NCBI GenBank assembly: GCA_029856125.1
Contig: JAHQWJ010000014.1
Coordinates: 96,001 to 160,000, forward strand
Reading direction: 5' to 3'
Length of the DNA stretch: 64,000 nucleotides
DNA from: Promethearchaeia archaeon
Lineage (GTDB): Archaea; Asgardarchaeota; Lokiarchaeia; Sigyniarchaeales; SOKP01
The notes under the pieces are model-generated. The model made no database searches. It worked only from the letters and a program-made list of their open reading frames with translations, and was not told the DNA's origin. Positions within the stretch are counted from its first letter, which is position 1; each line of letters begins with the position of its first letter. The position numbers and the translations under genes are program-made. Of the stretch, positions 19,469 to 29,634 are shown one piece after another.

Positions 19469-20110
19469 ATTATCTACAAGATTTTTCTTATTGATGGCGA
19501 TAATGGAATATCACTTCTAGAAGCTACGTTTAAAGAACTTAAGCATAAAAACAATGGTAATAATGTTATACCTGGGTTTTTTAATGAAATAAATGAAATT
19601 ATCGATAAAATTCAGGCTGCTATGGTTAAGGGTAAAAATGGGGATGATATGACTAGAATTGTCGAATCTGAAAATTCTACAATTATTATAGTTTACCATC
19701 CTCCCTCAAGAATTTTGTATTGTTCGATTTCTGATGCTGACGACGATATAGATAAATTAATTGCTGTAATGAACAAAATATCTAATAGATTCTATAAAAA
19801 ACACTCATCTGATATAAAATTATTTAGAACTACTTCTGAGAAATCGCGGTTTCAAACAATTATCGCAGATATAGAAAACATATGTCAAGGTGGAAAAGTA
19901 GCAGAAATTTTTCCAAAATTGCTTATTGGCGAGAATGTACTTCCTAAAATCGTCTCAATGGGGATGATTGACGAGGAGGAGCTTCGAGTTGCCTTGAAAT
20001 GTGCTGGAAAAGCCTCACCTTTAAGAATAGCAAGAGAGTTAGGTAAATCTCGGAACGAAGTAAATAACATTTTAAAAAAATTAGAACAGTTAGATATCGT
20101 TAATTTCTGA
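19469..20110 (+). CDS. Longin-like domain + C-terminal winged helix protein; probable ATT start
   Basis: Frame open from 19463; IIYKIFLIDGDNGISLLE...IPGFFNEI is a longin-type N-terminus missing from track ORF (19622); C-term SPLRIARELGKSRNEVNNILKKLEQLDIV wHTH. Confidence 0.72.
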   Translation: MIYKIFLIDGDNGISLLEATFKELKHKNNGNNVIPGFFNEINEIIDKIQAAMVKGKNGDDMTRIVESENSTIIIVYHPPSRILYCSISDADDDIDKLIAVMNKISNRFYKKHSSDIKLFRTTSEKSRFQTIIADIENICQGGKVAEIFPKLLIGENVLPKIVSMGMIDEEELRVALKCAGKASPLRIARELGKSRNEVNNILKKLEQLDIVNF

Positions 20111-20271
20111 TATCAATTTCATACTAATCCTTGTCTTGAGTTATAAATGTATTAAAAATTAATTTATTTTGTAAAGTAAACAATCCCTATATTCGATTGT
20201 AAATAGAAAAAAATAAAAGGTTGTTATATTTATCTAAATTACCTTAGAATCAATTATGAGATGTTTAGATT

Positions 20272-20880
20272 ATGGAGAGTAATAAAAAAATTGTAGCAAT
20301 GGTAATTTCGCCCGCAAAAGACGCACATTCGCGAGAAGCAAAAGGATTTTCCTTAGGAGAAATACAAGACGCGGGAAAAACGGTTGAATTACTAAGAAAA
20401 TTGAATGTTGATATTGATTTTTTCAGAAAATCTAAACACGAAAGCAATATTGAAAAGCTTAAAAAATTAAAAGATACTAGCAAAAAAGCAAAAAAGAAAA
20501 AACCATTCGAAGCTAAAGAGAAGAAAAGGACGCCTTTTAAACCAACTGTTTCAAAACCAAAAAAGAAAACAGTTAAAAAGGTTGTAGCCAAGAAACCAGC
20601 TAAACCAACTAAAGCCGCTAAAAAAGCACCTGCTCCTAAAAAAGAAAAAGTTAAAGAAGAACCAAAACCAAAAAAGAAAGACTATCCAGAAGGAGAAACA
20701 ACACCATTAACTTCACTTTCGGGGTTAGGTCCTACTACGGCCAAAAAGTTTGAAGAACTTGGAGTAAATTGTGCTGAAGAGCTTATTAAAGAGGATCCCT
20801 CAGAGTTAGCTAAACTGATTAAAGGAGTTTCAGAAGAAAGAATTACAAATTGGATTAAAGAATGTAAAGAATTACAATAA
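20272..20880 (+). CDS. rpl13e: Ribosomal protein eL13-like domain + Lys/Pro-rich linker + helix-hairpin-helix domain
   Basis: KGFSLGEIQDAG...LNVDIDFFRKSKHESNIEKL; C-term LTSLSGLGPTTAKKFEELGV...IKGVSEERITNWI. Confidence 0.72.
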   Translation: MESNKKIVAMVISPAKDAHSREAKGFSLGEIQDAGKTVELLRKLNVDIDFFRKSKHESNIEKLKKLKDTSKKAKKKKPFEAKEKKRTPFKPTVSKPKKKTVKKVVAKKPAKPTKAAKKAPAPKKEKVKEEPKPKKKDYPEGETTPLTSLSGLGPTTAKKFEELGVNCAEELIKEDPSELAKLIKGVSEERITNWIKECKELQ

Positions 20881-21046
20881 TCCTATTCTTATTATAATTG
20901 AGTTCTCCTTTTTTTGTATAGTTTTACGATTTTTCTTAGAGTTATAAAATTATTTTTGCGAAAATAAAGATTTTTATTACTGGACACTATTTTTTTGATA
21001 TACTTAAATTCATTTTTTTAAATTACATAATTAAAACGGTTTAATA

Positions 21047-21541
21047 ATGGAATATAATTACTATACCTACGAAAAAAAGGAAGCTAACATAACCGTTAAT
21101 AAATTAGCTAAATGGTTTAGAGAAGAAAAGTTTGAAGGAGATGTAAATGAAGGTTTTATCTCTTTTCACTCTCAAAATGACTACGATGAGATTTATGGTT
21201 CCAATGCAAAAATGGAAATAACCTGGGAGAAAAAAGATAGAGCCGGTTTTTTTCATGGTAAAGAAGTTCAAAATTCTATTGAGCTCTATAGTTCAATCGG
21301 ATTTGTAATTTTAAAAAAGGAAAGCGATTGGCTTCTAAGCCACGAATTTGTCACGTGGTTCGGACAAAGAACTAAAATGATCAGAAAAAGATATTATAGA
21401 GAAAAATGCATTCACGGCATATTCTATTGTGACGTTACTGAGCGTCTAATTAACATTCATGCTAATGTTATTGATAAGCATTTTGATAATTTTGAAACTT
21501 TTATCATTAAATCCCTAAACACGACTATATGTCACGAATGA
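21047..21541 (+). CDS. Hypothetical protein
   Basis: 164-aa ORF with normal composition, no recognised motif. Confidence 0.65.
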   Translation: MEYNYYTYEKKEANITVNKLAKWFREEKFEGDVNEGFISFHSQNDYDEIYGSNAKMEITWEKKDRAGFFHGKEVQNSIELYSSIGFVILKKESDWLLSHEFVTWFGQRTKMIRKRYYREKCIHGIFYCDVTERLINIHANVIDKHFDNFETFIIKSLNTTICHE

Positions 21542-21560
21542 ACTAAACGGTTTTAGTTTT

Positions 21561-22313
21561 TTAAACTTCGCCCTCTTCTTTTTTGGCCAAAACAAAAAAA
21601 TTGTCAGTTTTGTTAGGTCCGCCTCTTTTTGTCATTTCCTTTATTACAAAGCTTCTTAACAATTTTTTCAGTTCTTTCTTAGAAAAGAAGTGATAAAATC
21701 TATTGTACGTCAAATTTTCTTTTGAAATTGTCCAAGGGATAAATTTATCTCCATGTTCTGTTAAATCAAGATTACTTTGTTTAATCCTATAGTTAGAACT
21801 ATACAGTCTTTTAAACCAATCGCGAAAGAAATAATATCTATATTTTTTTTGATATTTCCTCCAAAGGGTTAAAAATAATAATCCATTATTCTTTAAAATT
21901 GCGTAGATTTGATTTAAAGCGTGATTTCGAGTATTAGAATTCTTAATATGGTGGATAGCTGCGATAGAAAAGATATTATTTACCGATTCTGGTCGGATCG
22001 GTATGGAGTTGATATCGCTTTGAATTAGTTCAATTGATCTCCTTTCTTTCATCGTATAGTTATTTCCTGTTTTTAATCTATTGCGAGAAATTTTCAGAAA
22101 TTCAGCTGAGTTATCAATACCAATCAGTTTAATATCAGATTGTAAAAAAACTTTAAAATTTCGCCCATTGGCACATCCTAAATCAATACTGTATCCATCA
22201 AAGGATACACCTTCTTGAATTAGCTTATTAAAAAACAATTCAAAATCCTTCCATGGATAAAATCGTTTTTGATGATAATCAAGTGCTAAAATATCGTAAA
22301 TATTCTTACTCAT
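21561..22313 (-). CDS. Class I SAM-dependent methyltransferase, Trm9/ALKBH8-like (tRNA wobble U)
   Basis: DLGCANGRN, SIAAIHHI, LFLTLW, DKFIPW, RFYHFFSKKEL. Confidence 0.8.
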   Translation of the reverse strand: MSKNIYDILALDYHQKRFYPWKDFELFFNKLIQEGVSFDGYSIDLGCANGRNFKVFLQSDIKLIGIDNSAEFLKISRNRLKTGNNYTMKERRSIELIQSDINSIPIRPESVNNIFSIAAIHHIKNSNTRNHALNQIYAILKNNGLLFLTLWRKYQKKYRYYFFRDWFKRLYSSNYRIKQSNLDLTEHGDKFIPWTISKENLTYNRFYHFFSKKELKKLLRSFVIKEMTKRGGPNKTDNFFVLAKKEEGEV

Positions 22314-22504
22314 CGCTTTAAGTAAAACATATTTTTTATCTAAAAAATTTCTTTACTTTAATCCTAGAATTTTCGTTCTTACCGATTTAGTAATAAATAC
22401 TAGAAAAAATAATAATTATCTAATTTAATGTAAATTTATTTGTAATTAGTATTTTTACAGATATTATTAAATTTTTATGAGATACATGGAATAGCTAGAT
22501 AATA

Positions 22505-24079
22505 ATGGATGAAATAGTGAATGTTGTATCCGATATTTTAGATTTTTTGAAAGGTGACGTCTACAATTTATATACGATTTATGAATCTTACATAAGAGAT
22601 CTCATAATATCTAAAAAAGTAAATATATCAGCGATTATCGATAATGAGACGGAGGATCAGATAAATAGCACGATAAACCAAATAATATCTACTGCGAATT
22701 CTGCGTTCATGACGATTGGAGTATCTAAAGAAAAAATTAACTCAAATCAAGACTTATTCCAAGACTCTTTTTTAAGTAAGAGGCATATTTTTACAGATTA
22801 CAATTCATTTTTACAACTTGGATTAAAGGATTATATCAATAAGCATCTATTTGTAATAATTATAGAGTACATAATCGATGCCGAGGATAAAATCCTTGAA
22901 AATTTGGATTTGTTTGATCTATTACCTCGACAATTTCTCAGCAACTTGAGAATCCTTCGAAAGAAAATCGTAATATCTGACGAGAGCAAGAAAAGTTTTA
23001 GAACTTTTTATAATGACATTGAAACCTATTATAATCCTTCGAATTTAACTTTCAAGAAAATAGATTTTAAAATCCAAGAACCTAAAGAAGATATCTCTGA
23101 AGATTCTATCTTAAAGCGCTTGCAAGACGCTCGCGTGGATAATTTAGAAGTTCTCCAACATCCCGTAAGTCATGAGGGTAGTGTACATCAAATCGAATCC
23201 CAATCACTCTTATCAATTTTCTTAGATTTTCCCCCTGTCAGTCAATCAATTATAGATAAGATTAGAATTGATGTAAAGCAGTTAACAAATTTTGTTAATT
23301 CCTCACCTGAATTTTTAGATTTAGAAAATCTCTTTTATTGTATTAATATTCTTAAGATGTTAGGGGTAAGAAATCAATTTGAACCGGAATATATTAAAAA
23401 AATCGTAAGTAATTTTATAAATGGAGGAGTCTTCAGCACGGGAAGATATCACATTCCGAATCCGATGAGTGTTTTTTACGGTTTGTCAATTCTTTACGAA
23501 TTAGATATGCTTAATAATGGTGAAGTTATCGATTTATTAGATGTAGAAATGCTCCTTGAGAATGAACTAACTAATATTGTGCCTGAAAAGATAATTCTAC
23601 ATTTTTTTACAATTCTATGTTTAAAATTGCTTGAAAAAAATGGAGGAATTATTACTGACAAGAATTATTTAATAGAACCACTTGCAGAAGTAGATGTATT
23701 TAACCTAGAAGGATTTAAACCAGCTTCCGATATTTTCTTTTTTCTAGGGCTTATGAACCTATTAGATAAGAATATTGATTTCAGCAATTTTAAAGAACCT
23801 TATTTACTCGAGCTTAAAAATAAAATAACACCTAACGGCTCTCTTAATGAAACTATTACTGAAACTGCTAGAGGGTTATTGAGTTTACAATTATTAGGCT
23901 TACAAGATAAGGAATTGAACATAATATCCGGATTTTTAAACTTTCTGAATCTAAACGTAAATATGTTTAAAGTAAAAAGTAATTTTCCAGAGTTCGATTG
24001 GAAATCTGATAAAATTGCTTTTAAAATCGAACTACGGATGCTTTTTTGGTTATTACTGGCATTTTCTCAATACCTCTAG
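22505..24079 (+). CDS. Hypothetical protein, C-terminal half with prenyltransferase/squalene-cyclase-like helical repeats
   Basis: Repeated ENLFYCINILKML / NGGVFS...SVFYGLSIL / TETARGLLSLQLL helices. Confidence 0.55.
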   Translation: MDEIVNVVSDILDFLKGDVYNLYTIYESYIRDLIISKKVNISAIIDNETEDQINSTINQIISTANSAFMTIGVSKEKINSNQDLFQDSFLSKRHIFTDYNSFLQLGLKDYINKHLFVIIIEYIIDAEDKILENLDLFDLLPRQFLSNLRILRKKIVISDESKKSFRTFYNDIETYYNPSNLTFKKIDFKIQEPKEDISEDSILKRLQDARVDNLEVLQHPVSHEGSVHQIESQSLLSIFLDFPPVSQSIIDKIRIDVKQLTNFVNSSPEFLDLENLFYCINILKMLGVRNQFEPEYIKKIVSNFINGGVFSTGRYHIPNPMSVFYGLSILYELDMLNNGEVIDLLDVEMLLENELTNIVPEKIILHFFTILCLKLLEKNGGIITDKNYLIEPLAEVDVFNLEGFKPASDIFFFLGLMNLLDKNIDFSNFKEPYLLELKNKITPNGSLNETITETARGLLSLQLLGLQDKELNIISGFLNFLNLNVNMFKVKSNFPEFDWKSDKIAFKIELRMLFWLLLAFSQYL

Positions 24080-24090
24080 ATAGTAAAACT

Positions 24091-24702
24091 CTATTCTAAA
24101 TTAAAAATAGTCAGGATAAAATTCCTAGCTGAAGGTATAATCTGTTTATTTTTAACGCTACTATTCCATTTTTTAATTAATTGATTATTTTTAGATAAAT
24201 CTTGTATGACTTCGCGACCTAATTTAATCCATTGTTCTAAATTTATATTAGGATAATCTTCGCCTATTCCTCGGCAATATTGAATCCCCTTATCGGTGTA
24301 AAATATGTTAATCTCGTCTGTTTTCTTATCTTTGCCTTTTTGAATTGTGAACGTAAAAGGAAAAGTTCTGCAAAATCCAGGTCTAAACGCATAAATAGAA
24401 CATCGCTCTTTAGTTGCATCGTAAAAAAAGCAATATCCATTTGGTCTTTTCTTCAAACCAGTAAATGCCATTCCTCTTTCGGTTTGTATCGGTGGAACCA
24501 CCATTCGATTTATTTCTTTTTCAGAGGGCACTTGATCAAATACATAAAAGCCTAAAATTTCAATTACTTCATCGATAGTTAGATTCAATCCATTCTTTAT
24601 TCGAAGAACATCTATGTATGTTGTATTTACAAGCGTATTTATGTCGGTACAACATTTACCGCAATGTATGCACTCAAATTTCAATTTATTATTAATACCC
24701 AA
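24091..24702 (-). CDS. YkgJ family cysteine-cluster protein
   Basis: FECIHCGKCC, CFFYD, CSIYAFRPGFCRTFPF, CRGIG. Confidence 0.9.
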   Translation of the reverse strand: MGINNKLKFECIHCGKCCTDINTLVNTTYIDVLRIKNGLNLTIDEVIEILGFYVFDQVPSEKEINRMVVPPIQTERGMAFTGLKKRPNGYCFFYDATKERCSIYAFRPGFCRTFPFTFTIQKGKDKKTDEINIFYTDKGIQYCRGIGEDYPNINLEQWIKLGREVIQDLSKNNQLIKKWNSSVKNKQIIPSARNFILTIFNLE

Positions 24703-24737
24703 TATAGCTAATAGAATGTGAAAAAAGTAATAAGTAT

Positions 24738-27700
24738 TTATTTATTTGATGGTATTATAATCTGCTTGTCTATCAGCGTTTCTATTGCGTCTATTATGAG
24801 ATCTTGATTTTTTTCGTGTACCACATCAAAAATAGTCTCCAGGTGAAATTCCTGTTTATTCTTAGCGATCGAATAAATAACATTTAATATTCGAGTTTCC
24901 ATAGAATTTAATTCACTTTCTTTTCTTATACTGGCAATATACTTGGCATCGTTGATTTTAAATGCGTCTTTATAATATAACTCTACATATTTTGTTATAA
25001 CAGGAGGTAATTGTGATTCAAATTCATGAATAGCACCGTCCCAGTTTTCAATTAGCTGCGAAAGATCGAGCATGATTCCTAGAGACAAATCCGAGATTAA
25101 TTTCTTCAATCGATCTGAAGCTTTTTCATTGAGTAAAAAAATCATTCGTAAATCTTGTCGGTCACAGATTAAGCAATAAAAGTATTTAAAATCCAATTCT
25201 AAGATCGTTCTACTACCATCCGAGTCACCAGAGTTAGTCAAGTCTTTGTCGATTTCTCTTTTACCAACCATTTCTTCTCCAACAGTAATAATAGCTTGGA
25301 TGAAGCCTGAAAAAAGTTCTTTTTTATGCTTCTCCAAAATGGAATAGCTTTTTGAATAAAGGGGAATTCCACTGTATCTATGAATTGCTACAATAGCTTG
25401 AATGTTCTGAATGTCCTTGAATCTTTGGGTTTTTGATAATAAATCAGCTTCTTTTCTCCTTCTTCGTGGTAAAATTACGTAAGATCTCAAGCTTAAAATT
25501 CCTAAAACACTTATAATCGCAGCTGAAATTAAGACTATAATCCATATTATGAACATAGGAAATTCTGGTTCACCAATTACTAATAGAAATGAGGATTGCG
25601 TTGTTTTATATACAGTACCTTCTTTCGAAATTATCAAGTTAAATATGAAATTTCCTTGTAGATTCTCTGGAAGTTTTGTTGATAATTGGTATATACCTGG
25701 TGTAATTTCTACTAACTCACCGACCCCATATGTCCATTCATACAATACCGTTGCATTTATTATGGATTGATTAGTTTCAAAATCTAAAAGCTCGATTTGA
25801 AGATTAAGAGTGCTTCCTATATCTGTTTTAACCGTTGGATTTGCGTCCTCATGATCAAGTATATCAACATCAAATTCAATCCGGTTTAGCAGTAATTCAA
25901 ATCCAAATGTTTCTGTTCTATAGTTTGGATGTTGAAATTTTAAATATACAAAATTGATTCCAGATGAGAAATTATCTGGTAAGCATTGCATAGAAGAATT
26001 GTACCAATAATCTGCTATTACGCTAAAATTTGATTCGTACGATTCGCTAACCCACGTAATATTTCCTCCTAAGATATAGGTATCATCAATATTCGACTTA
26101 ACTTTAGTAGAAACGTTGATAAAATCAAAAAAAGTGACTTCCAAAAGGGAGTTCTCTATAATATTTATTGAGTTGAGATATACTGAAATTGAAACTGACT
26201 GTTTTATTATTTGAAATTGGTAGTTGTAGTATTGTGGTTCGTATCCAATTGTTGAAAACGTAAAATTTAATTGATGGACGCCAATTTGTTCGATGTACGA
26301 CGTACTAAACTCAATATCATAGGTTCCATTTCCGGTATTCGCTATGGAATAGAGTGACGAATTACTGATGCTGATGTTTACAACAGCTCCATCAATGCCA
26401 TCACCACTAAAATCTGTAAATTTAAACTTAATTGAGCTATTTGCATGTAATTCTATATTATATTCAGATTCGAGCCTTTGCAAGTTAGTTTCTTCGCCTA
26501 AATTTATTTTCAGCGTAATATTACTTTCTATAAATCCTAGTTTTGATGAGCTTATTAGAATCTCGTATAAACCCCTTGAAGATAAATCAGCGGTATCGAG
26601 AATAGTTTCATAAACGCCAATAGCTGCTTCAGTAAAGTTAAGAGTTGATCCACCCGTCCAATTATAGGAAACAATCGCATCTGAAATGGATAAGTTATTT
26701 TCTAGATCAGTTAAAATAACTCTTACAGGAATGATATCTCCCACAAAACCATCCGTTTGTAAACCTGATTTAGCATCGTCAGGTTTTAACAATTCAATTT
26801 GGCTCTGATGGTATACAATAAAATTAGATTTAATACCACCTAACGCCGTTCCATTACTCCAGAATAAATTATATTCAAATTGACCACCTGTAGTATTTAA
26901 AGCAGAGAATGTAAGTTCTGAAAAGAAAACAGTTCCATTTGATAAGGGTGAATTCACTTCTGAATACCATTGATTTCCTTCGGGATCAAATATTGTTAAG
27001 TTTACTTCTGTAGACTCAATATTACTAGGAATCTCACTACTATAATTTATTTGAGTTTTAATTCGCGTTGATTCACCTGTATCAAAACTAGTGTGAGTCC
27101 AGCTACCTTGTTTCAACATTTTAGTATTTGTTAAATCAATGTAATTAGGGGAAGTTGCCTTAAAAGTCCACCAGCCAGGAAACAGTGCATTCTCCTTGCT
27201 AATATGCAAAATTGAATCTCCTTCTCCTCCATTTTCATATGGACGAGATTGCAACGTAGGATCCAGAACTGAAATAAAGTTCCAATTTTCAGGTTTATGA
27301 ATGGTGAATTCAAAGTCTGAATAGTGCGCTGGCATATATAAATTGTGAGAAAACTCCCAGATTATAGTCCCATTTTCTAAAATTTCGTATGAAACGCCAT
27401 CTAGAGTGGTTTGTCCTACTCGTGATTTGGTTTCATGATATCCATAGAGAGAAGTATCAAGATCAAATGATAAGGAGGGTGAATTTGTAGTAACTGTTAA
27501 ATTTAATGGATTTAAATCCCAATTACCTGTTAAATTTAAATAAGAATTAGCCCAACCCGTTCCCTGATTAAGAGCATAATTATTCAATCTAAGATTGATT
27601 TCACTTTGGCTTGAATTTGCAAGAGTAGTTAAAACCAATGAAACATTATCAAACCAAAAAACTTGCTGATATTGGTCTTCAAATCCAGAATAGCCAATAG

Positions 27701-28901
27701 ATGCTCCACTCATTATACCAACTGAAAAATTAAATACATTATTATTTTTTATATTTTCAAAGATATTCGATGTATTCGTCCATAAGTCCATATTAATTAA
27801 TCCTGTATTGTGCCATGCTTCTTTTCCAGCATCATTAATATCCCGCAATCCTTTTGAATATACTCTTTTATTATTTATTTTAAAAAAGATAAAATTTTCA
27901 TTAGAACCCATTACAGATTCTGCATAATAATCAAATGAAATGTAACCATCAACTACTTGACCACGAGGAATTGATATATTCTGATATATTTCAGTAAAAT
28001 CATCTTCTAGATAATTTACATCACTAGGATCATTATCATTCCAATATGGTAGTCCACTTAATCTAGTAAACATAGCATCACTACCACCTATTTGACCCGC
28101 ACCATAATCTGTTTGAGCTATAGACCCATTATTAAAACCCCATGAATGATAATTTATATCGTAAGATGAACTTGAATTAATAAATTCATAATAATCAATA
28201 TAATATCCATAACTCTCTACAGTGTCGTCTGATACATAGTAGCAATTCAATTCCTCACCCCTTATCCAAGGTGTATATAAATCTGAATATCCAGTACCAC
28301 TATGTCCATATTGGATTACATCATTATCATCCTCAATTAAAAAGACATCCCATCCATCTTCAAAAGACAAATTAACAAAATGAGCTCTCATAGCAATAGC
28401 CCCAGTATGCGTTATTGTATCAAGGCTATCAGATTTATCATAATTCTTCTTATAAGAATGATCACTTTCATGGATTTCATAAACTCTATAAGTAGAAGCT
28501 ATTGGAAGAAAATCACTGTTATTCACCCATTCCTTAGTATCTTGGATGTTCGTTATCTCAGTAGCTACTTTTGAAACTTCCCAGTCGTGAACATCATCTA
28601 AATAATAGGTTAGATTTACTGCTTCTTGATTATTTACATCAACTTGTTGTTCATCCTTATATAAATTGCCATAATCAGTTATATTTAAAGATATTTCATT
28701 ACCTTCAAATAAAACTGGAGGATTGTCAGCAAGTAAGGGTGTTTGGGAATAATTATTAAAGTCTCTGTCTATTTCTTTAATATTCTTGGAATTTGGAATG
28801 AAAAAACTACTTAAAAGAAATATTGCTAATATAGTAATAAGACCTGCTTTTCTTAGAATTGAACTTTTTTTTAAAAGTGATTTTTTAGAAAAATTTTTCA
28901 T
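24738..28901 (-). CDS. Large single-pass surface protein: CUB-like and Ig-like extracellular domains, TM, cytoplasmic longin-like + wHTH-like domain
   Basis: N-term hydrophobic signal; MRAHFVNLSFEDGWD...YVSDDTVESYGY CUB-like; beta-rich N-glycosylation-sequon-rich repeats; TM IIWIIVLISAAIISVLGIL + RRRRK; QAIVAIHRYSGIPLY...LFSGFIQAI longin-like. Confidence 0.78.
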   Translation of the reverse strand: MKNFSKKSLLKKSSILRKAGLITILAIFLLSSFFIPNSKNIKEIDRDFNNYSQTPLLADNPPVLFEGNEISLNITDYGNLYKDEQQVDVNNQEAVNLTYYLDDVHDWEVSKVATEITNIQDTKEWVNNSDFLPIASTYRVYEIHESDHSYKKNYDKSDSLDTITHTGAIAMRAHFVNLSFEDGWDVFLIEDDNDVIQYGHSGTGYSDLYTPWIRGEELNCYYVSDDTVESYGYYIDYYEFINSSSSYDINYHSWGFNNGSIAQTDYGAGQIGGSDAMFTRLSGLPYWNDNDPSDVNYLEDDFTEIYQNISIPRGQVVDGYISFDYYAESVMGSNENFIFFKINNKRVYSKGLRDINDAGKEAWHNTGLINMDLWTNTSNIFENIKNNNVFNFSVGIMSGASIGYSGFEDQYQQVFWFDNVSLVLTTLANSSQSEINLRLNNYALNQGTGWANSYLNLTGNWDLNPLNLTVTTNSPSLSFDLDTSLYGYHETKSRVGQTTLDGVSYEILENGTIIWEFSHNLYMPAHYSDFEFTIHKPENWNFISVLDPTLQSRPYENGGEGDSILHISKENALFPGWWTFKATSPNYIDLTNTKMLKQGSWTHTSFDTGESTRIKTQINYSSEIPSNIESTEVNLTIFDPEGNQWYSEVNSPLSNGTVFFSELTFSALNTTGGQFEYNLFWSNGTALGGIKSNFIVYHQSQIELLKPDDAKSGLQTDGFVGDIIPVRVILTDLENNLSISDAIVSYNWTGGSTLNFTEAAIGVYETILDTADLSSRGLYEILISSSKLGFIESNITLKINLGEETNLQRLESEYNIELHANSSIKFKFTDFSGDGIDGAVVNISISNSSLYSIANTGNGTYDIEFSTSYIEQIGVHQLNFTFSTIGYEPQYYNYQFQIIKQSVSISVYLNSINIIENSLLEVTFFDFINVSTKVKSNIDDTYILGGNITWVSESYESNFSVIADYWYNSSMQCLPDNFSSGINFVYLKFQHPNYRTETFGFELLLNRIEFDVDILDHEDANPTVKTDIGSTLNLQIELLDFETNQSIINATVLYEWTYGVGELVEITPGIYQLSTKLPENLQGNFIFNLIISKEGTVYKTTQSSFLLVIGEPEFPMFIIWIIVLISAAIISVLGILSLRSYVILPRRRRKEADLLSKTQRFKDIQNIQAIVAIHRYSGIPLYSKSYSILEKHKKELFSGFIQAIITVGEEMVGKREIDKDLTNSGDSDGSRTILELDFKYFYCLICDRQDLRMIFLLNEKASDRLKKLISDLSLGIMLDLSQLIENWDGAIHEFESQLPPVITKYVELYYKDAFKINDAKYIASIRKESELNSMETRILNVIYSIAKNKQEFHLETIFDVVHEKNQDLIIDAIETLIDKQIIIPSNK

Positions 28902-29060
28902 ATTATCCCCATTATTGATAAAAATAATTATAAAATTTATAAAAACTAAAATTAATAAATTTAAGTTATAGTGAAATGAATTTCTATTCGAAATTTTACT
29001 CTTTGAGAATTTTTAAGTTTAAATTTTAGGAGTAGATCACTATTTTTGAAATTCTACTTG

Positions 29061-29384
29061 CTAATTAGGGAGCTCATCGATAAATTCTGTTTTGAGAACT
29101 GACATATAAGACCTTTTTTCTCCGTTGTCTAAGGAATTCACATTCGTACCTCTGCTGGTATAAATATCTGGAGGATGTTCGTCAAACAATGAAAGAATGA
29201 GTAATATTGCATTTTTTACAAACTCTTTTCTACTAGTCCTTTCTAGTACCTTCATCAATTCTATGAATGATTTATCTTTCCATAATTCAATAGTTTCTTT
29301 ATTTGCGTTCGGATTCTGGAAGAATTCTATGATATTCGAGTAATAATCCAATTCAGAGTTTTCACAGTTGTTTGAAGTATTCAT
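29061..29384 (-). CDS. Hypothetical protein
   Basis: 107-aa ORF, no recognised motif. Confidence 0.6.
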   Translation of the reverse strand: MNTSNNCENSELDYYSNIIEFFQNPNANKETIELWKDKSFIELMKVLERTSRKEFVKNAILLILSLFDEHPPDIYTSRGTNVNSLDNGEKRSYMSVLKTEFIDELPN

Positions 29385-29634
29385 AAGTTTGACCGTTCCT
29401 ATAAAAATATTACAAAATTATTTGTTTTTAAACTAAACGAGAATCTTAGTTTTTTGTTATGACTATCCGTACGTTAATTCTCCAAAAATTTTTAATCCTT
29501 GAAAAAAAACACATCCATTACTAACAAATATGAATTTCTAAAAGGTTTTTAATTTCTTATGTACTACGCTGATATTACCTCACTTAAATGAGTAAAGAGA
29601 GTCGAAATAAAATTAGAAATGGAAAAGAATTAGC

